Assembly (NCBI GenBank): GCA_021789225.1
Contig: JAJYJQ010000003.1
Coordinates: 1 to 47,303 of the forward strand
Reading direction: 5' to 3'
Source of the DNA: a bacterium
GTDB lineage: Bacteria; Patescibacteriota; Minisyncoccia; Phycocordibacterales; Phycocordibacteraceae
Length of the DNA: 47,303 nt
Positions 1 to 8,607 of this stretch are shown in pieces. The notes under the pieces are model-generated. The model worked only from the letters and a program-made list of their open reading frames with translations. It was not told where the DNA came from and searched no databases. Made by a program: the position numbers and the translations under genes. The number at the start of each line of letters is the position of its first letter. Within the stretch, counting starts at the first letter, position 1.

Positions 1-31
1 AAGCGCGGCGGGCCGAAGGCCCGCCGCGCTT
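1..31. terminator. GC-rich hairpin (14-bp stem, GAA loop) at the window edge, probably the terminator of an upstream gene
   Basis: aagcgcggcgggcc-gaa-ggcccgccgcgctt is perfectly complementary and is followed by T-rich tgtctcttgttctc. Confidence 0.5.
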
Positions 32-297
32 GTCTCTTGTTCTCCCCCATCCCGCACACAACCCTCCAAACACTCCTTCTCAAGTGAGAAAGTGGACGAA
101 GCACCTGAGGGTATTCCCAGTCGATCCGCTACGAGGCGGGAACCAGAAAGCCCTTGGGGAGACGCCCGAAGCCGTCAAGCCTTGCTTGGAGGGTTCTATG
201 CGGGATGTAAAGAAAATGACCTTGGAAACACGTGCTTCCGGAAGGTCCTTACGAGTCACTCACTCGTATGGTAGAATGGTAGCATACCCGATTTTGT

Positions 298-1278
298 ATG
301 TCAAGCACCCCAGAGTCCACCGTCTCCTCTGACCAAACCTTCGACGCTGCACTGCGCCCCGGCTCGTGGGAAGACTACATCGGCCAAGAGCAGGTAAAAG
401 CGAATGTGCACATCGTCCTCGAGGCTGCAAAAAAGCGCGGCGACATGCCGGAGCACCTCCTTTTCTACGGTCCGCCCGGTGTCGGCAAGACCACGCTCGC
501 TCACCTCATCGCACGCACGCTTGGCGCACCGCTCAAGAGCACCTCGGGCGTCGCGATAGAGCGCGCGGGCGACCTCGCCGCCATCCTCACCAACCTCGAC
601 CCGGGTACCGTCCTCTTCATCGACGAGATTCATCAGCTCTCGCACAAGATCGAAGAACTCCTCTACCCCGCGCTTGAGAGCGGTTCGCTTGATCTCGTGC
701 TCGGCAAGGGTCCTTCCGCGCGCACCGTCGAGCTCTCGCTCCCGCGATTCACACTCGTGGGTGCCACGACGCGTGTCGCGCAGCTCTCGAGCCCGCTTCG
801 CTCGCGCTTCGGCGGAGGTGTGTACCAGCTCGACTTCTACACCGACGAAGATATTCGCGATATCATCGCGCGCTCGGCCGGCGTGCTCGGGCTTGCACCC
901 TCGGAGGAGACGATCGCGGGCATCGCGGCGCGCAGCCGCGCGACTCCACGCATAGCAAACGCTCTCCTCAAGCGTGTCCGCGACTTCGCCCAGGTGCACG
1001 ACCGCGAACTCTCGGGCACCGTATGCGAGGATGCGTGCGCACTCTTCGGTATCGACGCCCTCGGTCTCACGAAAGACGACCGCCGCTACCTCGAAACGCT
1101 CGCCGAGAATTTCCGCGGCGGCCCTGCCGGCGTGCGTGCGCTCGCCGCAGCACTCCACGAAGACGCCGAGACCGTGGAGCACGTCTATGAGCCCTTCCTG
1201 CTACGCCTCGGCTTCATCGAGCGGACACTGCGCGGCCGCACCCTCACTGCCCGCGGCCGCGAGTATCTCAATCGTTAG
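298..1278 (+). CDS. ruvB: Holliday junction branch migration helicase RuvB
   Basis: 326 aa. Walker A is FYGPPGVGKTTLA and Walker B is LFIDEIH. The family-typical N-terminus (RPGSWEDYIGQEQVK) and C-terminal winged helix (EPFLLRLGFIERT.RGR) are present. Confidence 0.95.
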   Translation: MSSTPESTVSSDQTFDAALRPGSWEDYIGQEQVKANVHIVLEAAKKRGDMPEHLLFYGPPGVGKTTLAHLIARTLGAPLKSTSGVAIERAGDLAAILTNLDPGTVLFIDEIHQLSHKIEELLYPALESGSLDLVLGKGPSARTVELSLPRFTLVGATTRVAQLSSPLRSRFGGGVYQLDFYTDEDIRDIIARSAGVLGLAPSEETIAGIAARSRATPRIANALLKRVRDFAQVHDRELSGTVCEDACALFGIDALGLTKDDRRYLETLAENFRGGPAGVRALAAALHEDAETVEHVYEPFLLRLGFIERTLRGRTLTARGREYLNR

Positions 1279-1789
1279 GGCTTTGGGCCTCGTAGTATGC
1301 AATGAGCTCTGTCGCCATTGTCCTCTCAGGATTATCAACAACCTCAATCCTCCCATCCGGCGTGTTCGCTTCCCGTTTTTGCGGGATGGTAGCCGCGAAC
1401 GCTTTTGCACCCTCAACATCACCCAGGTAGAGGAGCTTTAGAAGCGGTGTTATCTGATTAGTAAGACCTCCTTTCTCTCGAAACTCGAGAGCTTTGTCGA
1501 TAAAAACGAGTGCGGTTTGCGTGTCTCCCTCCTTGTACGCAAACTGTGATGCGTGATGATACCAAAGCCACAGCGCGTTCCATTTGCTCTGCCTCCCTTC
1601 ATCAGAAAGCAAACTGTCATCGACTCTTTCAAAATCGTCCTTCCACTGGTTTAGAACCCACTTCGGGTTCTTATAATCCCATGTTCCGGATCGCATCGCT
1701 TTTTGGTCTTCGTCGAGAAACTTGAAATACGACTTCATGGTCATATCCGGCTTCTCATATGCGGAACTCTTTGGAACACCCTCCGTCAT
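1268..1789 (-). CDS. Hypothetical protein (173 aa), convergent with and slightly overlapping the ruvB 3' end
   Basis: Long ORF in a locally lower-GC stretch with non-repetitive composition. No motif was recognised. Confidence 0.55.
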   Translation of the reverse strand: MTEGVPKSSAYEKPDMTMKSYFKFLDEDQKAMRSGTWDYKNPKWVLNQWKDDFERVDDSLLSDEGRQSKWNALWLWYHHASQFAYKEGDTQTALVFIDKALEFREKGGLTNQITPLLKLLYLGDVEGAKAFAATIPQKREANTPDGRIEVVDNPERTMATELIAYYEAQSPND

Positions 1790-1832
1790 AACGCCATTTG
1801 CTAGATTATAGCTTATTTATTATCATTTTCTT

Positions 1833-2408
1833 ATGTCAGGACACAGCAAATGGGCGCAAATTAAAAGGCAGAAAGGCGCGACGGACGCCGCGAAGAGCCG
1901 TGTATTCGCGCGCTTTTCGCGCCTTATCGCGCTTGAGTCGAAGAAAGCAGGCGGTGCTGTTTCGGCACCGAGCCTCGCCGCAGCCATCACCCGAGCCAAG
2001 GCGGTCAACATGCCCAAGGACGCTATAGAGCGCGCGGTCGCGAAGGGCGCTTCGAAAGATGCGGACGCGCTTGAGCAGGTGGTGTACGAGTGCTACGGCC
2101 CCGCAGGCGTCGCGGTCGTCATTGACGCGCTCACCGACAGCCGCAACCGCACGACGCAGGAAATCAAACATCTCCTCTCCAAGCAGGGATACGAGATGGC
2201 GGCGCCCGGCTCGGCTTCCTGGGCATTCACGAAAGGACCGGATGGCAGCTACACGCCAAACGAGCAGACGATGCTCGACGTGTCTGGCGCCGATGAAGAA
2301 AAGCTCGGCAACTTGCTCGACGCGCTCGACGAGCACGACGACGTACAGACCGTCTACACGAACGCGCGCGAGTACGAAAGCACACGCGATGAGGGTTCTG
2401 GCGATTGA
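1833..2408 (+). CDS. yebC: YebC/PmpR family DNA-binding regulator, short form (191 aa)
   Basis: N-terminal MSGHSKWAQIKRQKG and NMPKD.IERA, central YE.YGP.GVAV..D.LTD..NRT, and C-terminal DDVQ.VY.N are all family hallmarks. The middle domain looks about 50 aa shorter than usual. Confidence 0.85.
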   Translation: MSGHSKWAQIKRQKGATDAAKSRVFARFSRLIALESKKAGGAVSAPSLAAAITRAKAVNMPKDAIERAVAKGASKDADALEQVVYECYGPAGVAVVIDALTDSRNRTTQEIKHLLSKQGYEMAAPGSASWAFTKGPDGSYTPNEQTMLDVSGADEEKLGNLLDALDEHDDVQTVYTNAREYESTRDEGSGD

Positions 2409-2883
2409 TCCTGGGTTCGATCGGCTCGGTCTTGCCGTCCTCGAGGGCGACCCTTCGAAACCGACGCTTGTGTGGAGCATGTGCGTCGAGCCTGAGCGCG
2501 GCGAGCCGCAGGAGCGGCTCGCCGCGGTTTTTGCGGCAGTCAGAGACGCCATCGAGATGTATGCGCCAGACATACTCGCCGTTGAAACGCTCTTTTTCAG
2601 TACAAATGTGAAGACGGCTATCGGCGTCGCCCAGGCACGCGGGGCGGTGCTCGCCGCAGCAGGCGCAGCCAAACTCCCAATAAACGAGCAATCCCCGCAG
2701 GCGGTGAAGCTCGCCGTGACCGGCTACGGCAACGCAGACAAAAAAGCCGTCATGATGATGGTTTCCAAGCTCATTTCCCTCCCCCCGCGCAAACGCCTCG
2801 ACGACGAATATGACGCTATCGCGCTCGGTATCGCGGCACTCGCCAGCCGAAACCCACTTATCCACACGCAAAAAACTATGTAG
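2389..2883 (+). CDS. ruvC: Crossover junction endodeoxyribonuclease RuvC
   Basis: The internal ATG at 2389 gives MRVLAIDPGFDRLGLAVLEG... (164 aa), with the typical RuvC start and D.YDAIALGI near the C-terminus. The upstream part of ORF 2059..2883 overlaps yebC and is Arg/Ser/Thr junk. Confidence 0.9.
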   Translation: MRVLAIDPGFDRLGLAVLEGDPSKPTLVWSMCVEPERGEPQERLAAVFAAVRDAIEMYAPDILAVETLFFSTNVKTAIGVAQARGAVLAAAGAAKLPINEQSPQAVKLAVTGYGNADKKAVMMMVSKLISLPPRKRLDDEYDAIALGIAALASRNPLIHTQKTM

Positions 2884-2926
2884 CGCTTGCAAAGCGCATC
2901 GGGCTTGATAAAAATAGAGGCGCACC

Positions 2927-3142
2927 GTGCGCAGTACGGACAGTAATCAAACAAAAATATTCATGCCTGACGATTTTGACCAGGAACTTGAGGAGGAGGA
3001 GAAGAATGAGGAAAAAGAACCCGACTTCGATGGAGAATCTTTCCCCGACGATGATGATATGGATGACGATGATTTTGGAGACGAAGAGGATCTCGATTCC
3101 CACGGATTCCACCCAGAAGAAGAAGAGGAAGACATGTTCTAA
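2927..3142 (+). CDS. Small hyper-acidic protein (71 aa, or 59 aa from the ATG at 2963)
   Basis: Roughly half of the residues are Asp or Glu (DDDDMDDDDFGDEEDLD, EEEEED). A strong intrinsic terminator follows directly. The start codon is uncertain. Confidence 0.45.
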   Translation: MRSTDSNQTKIFMPDDFDQELEEEEKNEEKEPDFDGESFPDDDDMDDDDFGDEEDLDSHGFHPEEEEEDMF

Positions 3143-3145
3143 CTC

Positions 3146-3180
3146 AAAGCGCAAAGCCCCGATACGGGGCTTTGCGCTTT
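3146..3180 (+). terminator. Rho-independent terminator
   Basis: aaagcgcaaagcccc-gatac-ggggctttgcgcttt, followed by a T-rich tail. Confidence 0.7.
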
Positions 3181-3220
3181 CTCTCTTGGTTATTTTTGAT
3201 ATGTGTTCTAGCATGATGGC

Positions 3221-5323
3221 ATGCTGAAACTTAAAACATTAGAAAAGAAGCTCTCTCGTGAGAAAACGCGTGTCATTGCGGTAACCGCGCTCGCGCTCGC
3301 CGGTCTAGCGCTCGTCACGGTCGGCGCGAGCATGTTGTGGATCGCATTCACGCCCATTCCGGACATAAGCTCGTTTGGTAGCCGTGAGGTGACCCAATCG
3401 ACCAAAATCTATGACCGCACCGGGACCGTCCTCTTATACGACTACAACCGCGACGCCCGACGCCAAAGCGTCCCGCTTGCCGACATATCGCCTAACATCC
3501 AGAACGCGGCAATCGCTATCGAGGACTCGAATTTTTACAGCCACGGCGGCATCCGTATCTCATCTATCATCCGTGCCATACTCGCCGATGCGCTCGGCGG
3601 CGGGCTCGCGCAAGGCGGCTCTACCATCACCCAGCAGGTGGTGAAGAATACAATGCTCACGAGTCAGAAGAGTATCGTGCGCAAGGTGCATGAATGGGTT
3701 CTCGCCATCAAGCTCGAGCAGGTGTATTCGAAAGATCAGATCCTTCAAATTTACCTCAATGAAATGCCGTTCGGCGGCACCCTCTACGGCGTCGAGGCGG
3801 CGAGCGAAACCTTCTTCGGCAAGAGCGCGAAAGACGTGTCGGTCGCTGAGGGAGCGTATCTCGCCGCACTCCTCCAAGCGCCCTCCTACTACTCCCCGTA
3901 TGGCACCCATCGTGCCGCGCTTGATGACCGCAAAAACCTCGTGCTCAGCCGCATGAAGGAGCTCGAGCTCATCACGCCCGAGCAGTACGACGCAGCGATG
4001 CAAGAAAAGGTCGCCTTCTCGCCGCAAGGCGCAAAATCCTCGATCATCGCGCCGCACTTCGTCTTCTACATCCTCAACCAGCTTGAGCAGACCTACGGCA
4101 CGCAGGCGCTCCAGAACGGCCTGAAGGTCACCACCACGCTCGACGCGTCGCTCCAGAACAAGATGCAGAGCATCGTCACCTCGTACGGGAACGACAACGT
4201 GAAGAAATTCAACGCATCGAATGCTGCTGCGGTCGCGATCGACCCGAAGACCGGACAGATTCTCGCTATGGTCGGTTCGCGCGACTACTTCGATGCAAGT
4301 ATCGACGGCAGTTACAACGACACCCTGTCGCAGCGCCAGCCTGGTTCCACCTTCAAACCCTTCGTGTACGCCGCTGCGCTCGAGAAAGGCTTCACGCGCG
4401 ATACGGTCGTCTACGATCTTCCGACGCAGTTTTCGACCGTCTGCGCACCGTCGGATGTGAGCAACAACACGCTCCCCTGTTATGCGCCGAGCAACTACGA
4501 CGACAAGTTCCGCGGCCCGATGACCTTCACCACGGCGCTCGCGCAGTCGATTAACATCCCCGCGGTGAAAGCGCTCTATCTCACTGGCGTGAAGCCGGTC
4601 GTGGATCTCGCCACCGCAGCTGGTATCACCTCAATCAAGGGGAATATAAAGGACTACGGCCTCTCATTCGCGCTCGGTTCCGTGGATGCGAGCCTCCTCG
4701 ACATGACCGATGCGTATGCGACCTTCGCCAATGACGGCGTGCACAACCCGCCTGTCGGCATCTTGAGCGTCACCGATGCGAGCGGTGCGACCCTGGCAGA
4801 GTTCCAGTCGCAACCGTCACAAGCTATGCCTGCTTCGGTCGCGCACGATATGTCCGCGATGCTCTCCGACAATGCCGCCCGCTATCCCGAGTATCCTGCT
4901 GTGAACCCGTTCGTCTTCCCAGGGTTCGATGTCGCCGCAAAGACCGGTACGACCGACAGCTACCGCGACGCGTGGACGATCGGGTACTCCCCCTCCATCG
5001 TGGTCGGTGCGTGGGCTGGCAACAACGACAACACGCCTATGGTGAAGGAAATCGCGGGGTACATCGTCGCGCCGATGTGGCACGAGATCATGGCGTACGC
5101 GCTTTCAGCCTACCCGAAGACGTACTTTGGCGAACCGACCGCGATCGCGACGAGCACGTCACCCGTCCTGCGTGGCGTCGTCACCGCACACGACCTCCTG
5201 TACTGGATAAACAAGAATGATCCACAGGGCCCAGCTCCCGCAAACCCGGCCGCTGATCCGCAATACTCGTACTGGGAGTATTCCGTCGCGGGCTGGAACG
5301 CCTCGCACGCCTCCGCTCAGTAG
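3221..5323 (+). CDS. Class A penicillin-binding protein (PBP1A family; glycosyltransferase GT51 plus transpeptidase)
   Basis: 700 aa with an N-terminal TM helix. GT51 motifs are EDSNFYSHGG and GGSTITQQ. Transpeptidase motifs are STFKP, SIN and KTGTT. Confidence 0.95.
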   Translation: MLKLKTLEKKLSREKTRVIAVTALALAGLALVTVGASMLWIAFTPIPDISSFGSREVTQSTKIYDRTGTVLLYDYNRDARRQSVPLADISPNIQNAAIAIEDSNFYSHGGIRISSIIRAILADALGGGLAQGGSTITQQVVKNTMLTSQKSIVRKVHEWVLAIKLEQVYSKDQILQIYLNEMPFGGTLYGVEAASETFFGKSAKDVSVAEGAYLAALLQAPSYYSPYGTHRAALDDRKNLVLSRMKELELITPEQYDAAMQEKVAFSPQGAKSSIIAPHFVFYILNQLEQTYGTQALQNGLKVTTTLDASLQNKMQSIVTSYGNDNVKKFNASNAAAVAIDPKTGQILAMVGSRDYFDASIDGSYNDTLSQRQPGSTFKPFVYAAALEKGFTRDTVVYDLPTQFSTVCAPSDVSNNTLPCYAPSNYDDKFRGPMTFTTALAQSINIPAVKALYLTGVKPVVDLATAAGITSIKGNIKDYGLSFALGSVDASLLDMTDAYATFANDGVHNPPVGILSVTDASGATLAEFQSQPSQAMPASVAHDMSAMLSDNAARYPEYPAVNPFVFPGFDVAAKTGTTDSYRDAWTIGYSPSIVVGAWAGNNDNTPMVKEIAGYIVAPMWHEIMAYALSAYPKTYFGEPTAIATSTSPVLRGVVTAHDLLYWINKNDPQGPAPANPAADPQYSYWEYSVAGWNASHASAQ

Positions 5324-5332
5324 AGCTTGTTT

Positions 5333-5584
5333 CTACCGCACTGACGATACTTTGATGCCCGCCTTCGTGAGGCGCGCGACGAGCTCCTCGTGCCGGATCA
5401 CGAGCTCGGTCTTCAGGAGGGGCGGCACAGAAAAGAGCACCTCCCCGTCGTGGTAGGTGACCTGCGTCGGCTGCACGGGCGTCTGGAGAAGCTCCGTGGC
5501 TATCTGTGCGCACTGATGGCGGATTTCGGAAAGCTCTGCACCCGGAATCTTTCGAAGACTGAGGAGGTCTTTGAGGGATCTCAT
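5333..5584 (-). CDS. DUF721/DciA-like small protein
   Basis: 83 aa with an ATGA overlap with the dnaN stop. It sits directly after dnaA-dnaN. The C-terminal pattern (G.L.V......K.EL......L..RL........VR) resembles DUF721. Confidence 0.5.
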   Translation of the reverse strand: MRSLKDLLSLRKIPGAELSEIRHQCAQIATELLQTPVQPTQVTYHDGEVLFSVPPLLKTELVIRHEELVARLTKAGIKVSSVR

Positions 5585-6681
5585 TGATTCATCGGCATCA
5601 CGAGATAGAGGAAGGAGCTGTCACCCACGCCGCGCATGATGAGCGGCCTCCCGATCCCGCTTGCAGTGAGTGAGATGCTTTCGGTCGTGATGAGCGAGAG
5701 CGGTGTCTGCAGGTAGCGGTGATTGAACGAAAATTCCATCGGGTTCCCAAACACGCGCGCCGGGATAGATTCCTCGGATTCGCCTATGTCGGCATTCCGC
5801 GATGAGAGTTTCAGGGCGTTATCCTTCTGATCAAAACCCATGCGCACCTTCTGGAAGGCGTCCGAGAATATCGTAGTGTGGCGGAGCGCTGACTCGAAAT
5901 CCTTGCGCAGCAAGGTCGCCTCGGAAGCGTTTTCTTTCGGGATGATCTGCCGGTAGTCCGGATATGAGCCAGTCGTGAGACGCGAGGTAAGGGTGCTGCC
6001 ATTCCAGGAACACACGAGCTGATGTTCGTCTGCTGTGACTGTGATGGTGTCGTCCGGGATGGTCTGGACGATATCGAGACTGTTTTTTGCGGGAATCAGC
6101 ATAGAAACGGTCGGGGTCGTTTGCGGGAGCGACTGCTTTTTCTCCGCGAGACGGAACGAGTCCGTCGCCACCGTCGTCAACATGCCACCTTCGATCGAGA
6201 AGAAGATACTGGCGAGGTCTGGTCGCACTGTAGAGGTCGACGCACACGCCACAACCGCTTCTATCGCATTCTTGAAGGTGCTTCCTGCTATCGTGAATGA
6301 GTGTTCCGAAGAGGTGGTGAGTGGGATGGAGGGGAAATCTTCGTACGGAACGGTTTTAATGACGCTTTTTGCGCCCCCGGCCGTCACCACGACCACGTCG
6401 CCCGTCTGTTCGAGCGTGACTGCCCCCTCGCCGGAAAGAGAGCCGGCGAGCTGTTGGAGCAGGTGCGCCGGGATAGCGACCACACCTGGCTCCTTGCTGG
6501 TGCCAGCCACTTTGAAATCAATCCCCACCTCGAGATTGGTCGCACGAAACTTGATGCCGTCATCTCCTGAAACGATGAGGATGCACGAGAGTATCGGGAG
6601 TGTCGCTGAGCTCCGTTGCGCGAAGCGGGCGGTTTTTTGCACAGCCTCTATGAAATTCTTTTTTTCTAGGGAAAGATTCAT
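5581..6681 (-). CDS. dnaN: DNA polymerase III beta sliding clamp
   Basis: 366 aa with a three-domain clamp-like sequence (LPIL..I.I; VATD..RLA; MEF.FN.RYL; FLYL.MP). It lies directly downstream of dnaA. Confidence 0.95.
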   Translation of the reverse strand: MNLSLEKKNFIEAVQKTARFAQRSSATLPILSCILIVSGDDGIKFRATNLEVGIDFKVAGTSKEPGVVAIPAHLLQQLAGSLSGEGAVTLEQTGDVVVVTAGGAKSVIKTVPYEDFPSIPLTTSSEHSFTIAGSTFKNAIEAVVACASTSTVRPDLASIFFSIEGGMLTTVATDSFRLAEKKQSLPQTTPTVSMLIPAKNSLDIVQTIPDDTITVTADEHQLVCSWNGSTLTSRLTTGSYPDYRQIIPKENASEATLLRKDFESALRHTTIFSDAFQKVRMGFDQKDNALKLSSRNADIGESEESIPARVFGNPMEFSFNHRYLQTPLSLITTESISLTASGIGRPLIMRGVGDSSFLYLVMPMNQ

Positions 6682-6894
6682 ATTTTTATAGCGCGAGCCT
6701 TATTAGGGGTGTTGATTGTGTGGATTTCTTGAAAAACCGTTCTACCGCTTCACCGTACACCGCCCGACCTGAAGATTTCATGTGGATGACGGAAGTCGCT
6801 ATACCCAGGTGAGCGCAGGTTGCGGCTGTGGGGTGTGGAAAACCGCCCCGCTGTCCACACGATAACGCACACCTTTCTCGGAGGTTATCCACAC
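6682..6894. promoter_or_regulatory. Candidate oriC: dnaA-dnaN spacer with five DnaA-box-like 9-mers
   Basis: There is a perfect TTATCCACA at 6885-6893. TGTGGATGA is at 6781-6789 and TGTGGAAAA at 6834-6842 (each one mismatch on the reverse strand). CTGTCCACA is at 6851-6859 and TGTGGATTT at 6719-6727 (two mismatches each). A short AT-rich tract (catatttttata) is at 6679-6690. Confidence 0.6.
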
Positions 6895-8250
6895 TCATAC
6901 CAACAGGCTGCGGATATCCTCGATCTCTTTGGCGAGCTCGGCGTCCTCAGCCATATCGCCTTTGATTTTTTCGCACGAGTGAATGACGGTCGTGTGGTCG
7001 CGGCCGCCGAGCTTCGTGCCGATGGTCGGATACGAGACGTTGAAATCTTCGCGGAGGATATACATGATGATCTGCCGCGGCCGTACGACCTCTCGGCGGC
7101 GAGTCTTCTCATACACGCTGTCGGGGTCTATGCCGTAGAAATCAGCTATTTTCGAGACCACATGCTTCACCGACACGGTCTTCGTCGGCTTTGAGAGCGA
7201 CCGGAGCGACTGGCGCACTTCGGCAAGATCCGGCGGTATTCCCTTCGATTGGGTCTGGCAGACGATACTATTCACCACACCCTCGAGCTCGCGTATGCTG
7301 CCCGGCACGGTCGTCGCGATGTACTCGATCACGCGCGAATCGAGCTCGATATTGTTGGTGGCCGCCTTTTTGCGAATGATAGTCATGCGCGATTCGAGGT
7401 CCGGCTCACCGATATCCACAGTCATACCCACCAGGAAGCGGCTCCGGAGTCTTGAGGCGATGTCTGGAATAGCGGCGGGCGAGCGATCCGAAGAAAAGAC
7501 AATCTGCTTATTATTGTCATAAAGGGCGTTGAAAAGGTGGAAGAGTTCCTCTTGAGACTTATCTTTCTTCGAAAGGAACTGGATATCGTCCATGATGAGG
7601 AGGTCGTACTGGCGATACTTGTCTTTGAATCGATTCGCAGTGCCGTTTTGGAGCGAATCGGTGAAGTCGACAGCAAATTTCTCGGAGGTGAGGTAGAAGA
7701 CCTTACGGTTCGGGTAGAGCTTCTTAAACTGGTTCCCTATCGCCTGGATGAGGTGGGTCTTGCCGCGCCCAGTGTCTCCATAGATGAAAAGCGGGTTGTA
7801 GGTGATGCCGGGGCGGTTGATGGCCGCTTGCGCGGCCGTATAGGCGAGCTCGTTGAAGGAGCCGACGACGAACGAGTCGAAGGTGTAGCGCGGGTTGAGA
7901 TTGTCGCTCTTGTTGACGTAAAAGTCGTTGAGTGGCAGTTCGATGGTCGGTTTGTCGCTCTTCGCCTCGCGGGCAGGACGTTTCCGGGCGTCTTTTACGA
8001 TGACGTACTCGATATTGCGGTACTCGTAGGAAACGGAGCGGAGGATCTTCAACAGCAAGGAATTGAATTTCTTGAGGTACCACTCTCGGAAGAACTGGCT
8101 CGGGACCCCGATGTAGACGATATTGTCCTCTATCTTGACGATAGAGCTCGATTGGAACCAGGTGTTGAAGTTGGCTGGAGAAACTGAAAGCTGAACTTGA
8201 CTCAGGACGTACTCCCACAATTCATACGGACTCGTACCTGGTGCCTTCAT
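6895..8250 (-). CDS. dnaA: Chromosomal replication initiator DnaA
   Basis: 451 aa. Walker A is GDTGRGKTHL. Box VII/sensor motifs and the C-terminal DNA-binding signature (GGRDHTTV.H) are present. Confidence 0.97.
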   Translation of the reverse strand: MKAPGTSPYELWEYVLSQVQLSVSPANFNTWFQSSSIVKIEDNIVYIGVPSQFFREWYLKKFNSLLLKILRSVSYEYRNIEYVIVKDARKRPAREAKSDKPTIELPLNDFYVNKSDNLNPRYTFDSFVVGSFNELAYTAAQAAINRPGITYNPLFIYGDTGRGKTHLIQAIGNQFKKLYPNRKVFYLTSEKFAVDFTDSLQNGTANRFKDKYRQYDLLIMDDIQFLSKKDKSQEELFHLFNALYDNNKQIVFSSDRSPAAIPDIASRLRSRFLVGMTVDIGEPDLESRMTIIRKKAATNNIELDSRVIEYIATTVPGSIRELEGVVNSIVCQTQSKGIPPDLAEVRQSLRSLSKPTKTVSVKHVVSKIADFYGIDPDSVYEKTRRREVVRPRQIIMYILREDFNVSYPTIGTKLGGRDHTTVIHSCEKIKGDMAEDAELAKEIEDIRSLLV

Positions 8251-8306
8251 AGGTTGTCGCTAGTATACCCCTTTTGGCGTGTCCATACACCTGCCAAGAA
8301 TAGGTG

Positions 8307-8590
8307 CGGGAGACGTGCTTTCGAAATGAGTTGCGCAAGCGTCCTTGCAAGGTGTTTTGCCATTTCCGGGCTTGCGCTCCGGGTGGTCCTCGCGTCCGCT
8401 TTCGCCGGCATGCCAAAAAAGTGCACGCTCCGGGCCGCTAGGCCGAGTCCTATGCACTTTTATCGGCATGCCGGCTCTGCGTCCGCTATGTTCTGTATGT
8501 ATCCGGAGCGTGATGGCAAAACAAGGACGCTGGAGCAGAGGGAGCGAGCGGCTGGGCGAGCGAGCGCTCATTTCGAAAGCACGTCTCCCG
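8307..8590. repeat. 284-nt whole-length imperfect palindrome (long hairpin; candidate structured RNA or MITE-like element)
   Basis: A perfect 24-bp terminal inverted repeat pairs 8307-8330 with 8567-8590. Inner arm pairs are 8339-8347/8522-8530, 8353-8363/8513-8523, 8376-8383/8503-8510 and 8407-8425/8453-8472. The apical hairpin is ggcc-gcta-ggcc, and a large asymmetric internal bubble is present. Confidence 0.7.
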
Positions 8591-8607
8591 CGCCGGATTC
8601 CGATTTC

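Noticed and set aside
33-297. RNase P RNA candidate, because GAGAAAGTGG resembles the P4 strand GAGGAAAGTCC
   Set aside because: The region is about 100 nt too short. It has no matching P4 3' strand (ACAGAA..CGGCTTA) and the key positions differ.
301-1182. 293-aa ORF antisense to ruvB. Similar antisense ORFs are 1836-2672, 26248-27219, 33151-34233, 41119-42783 and 7537-8187.
   Set aside because: All overlap genes with strong family signatures on the opposite strand. All have the Arg/Ala/Gly-rich composition expected of high-GC shadow ORFs.
2059-2388. N-terminal 110-codon extension of the ruvC ORF
   Set aside because: It overlaps yebC in another frame with Arg/Ser/Thr-rich junk. RuvC homology begins at the MRVLAIDPG start at 2389.
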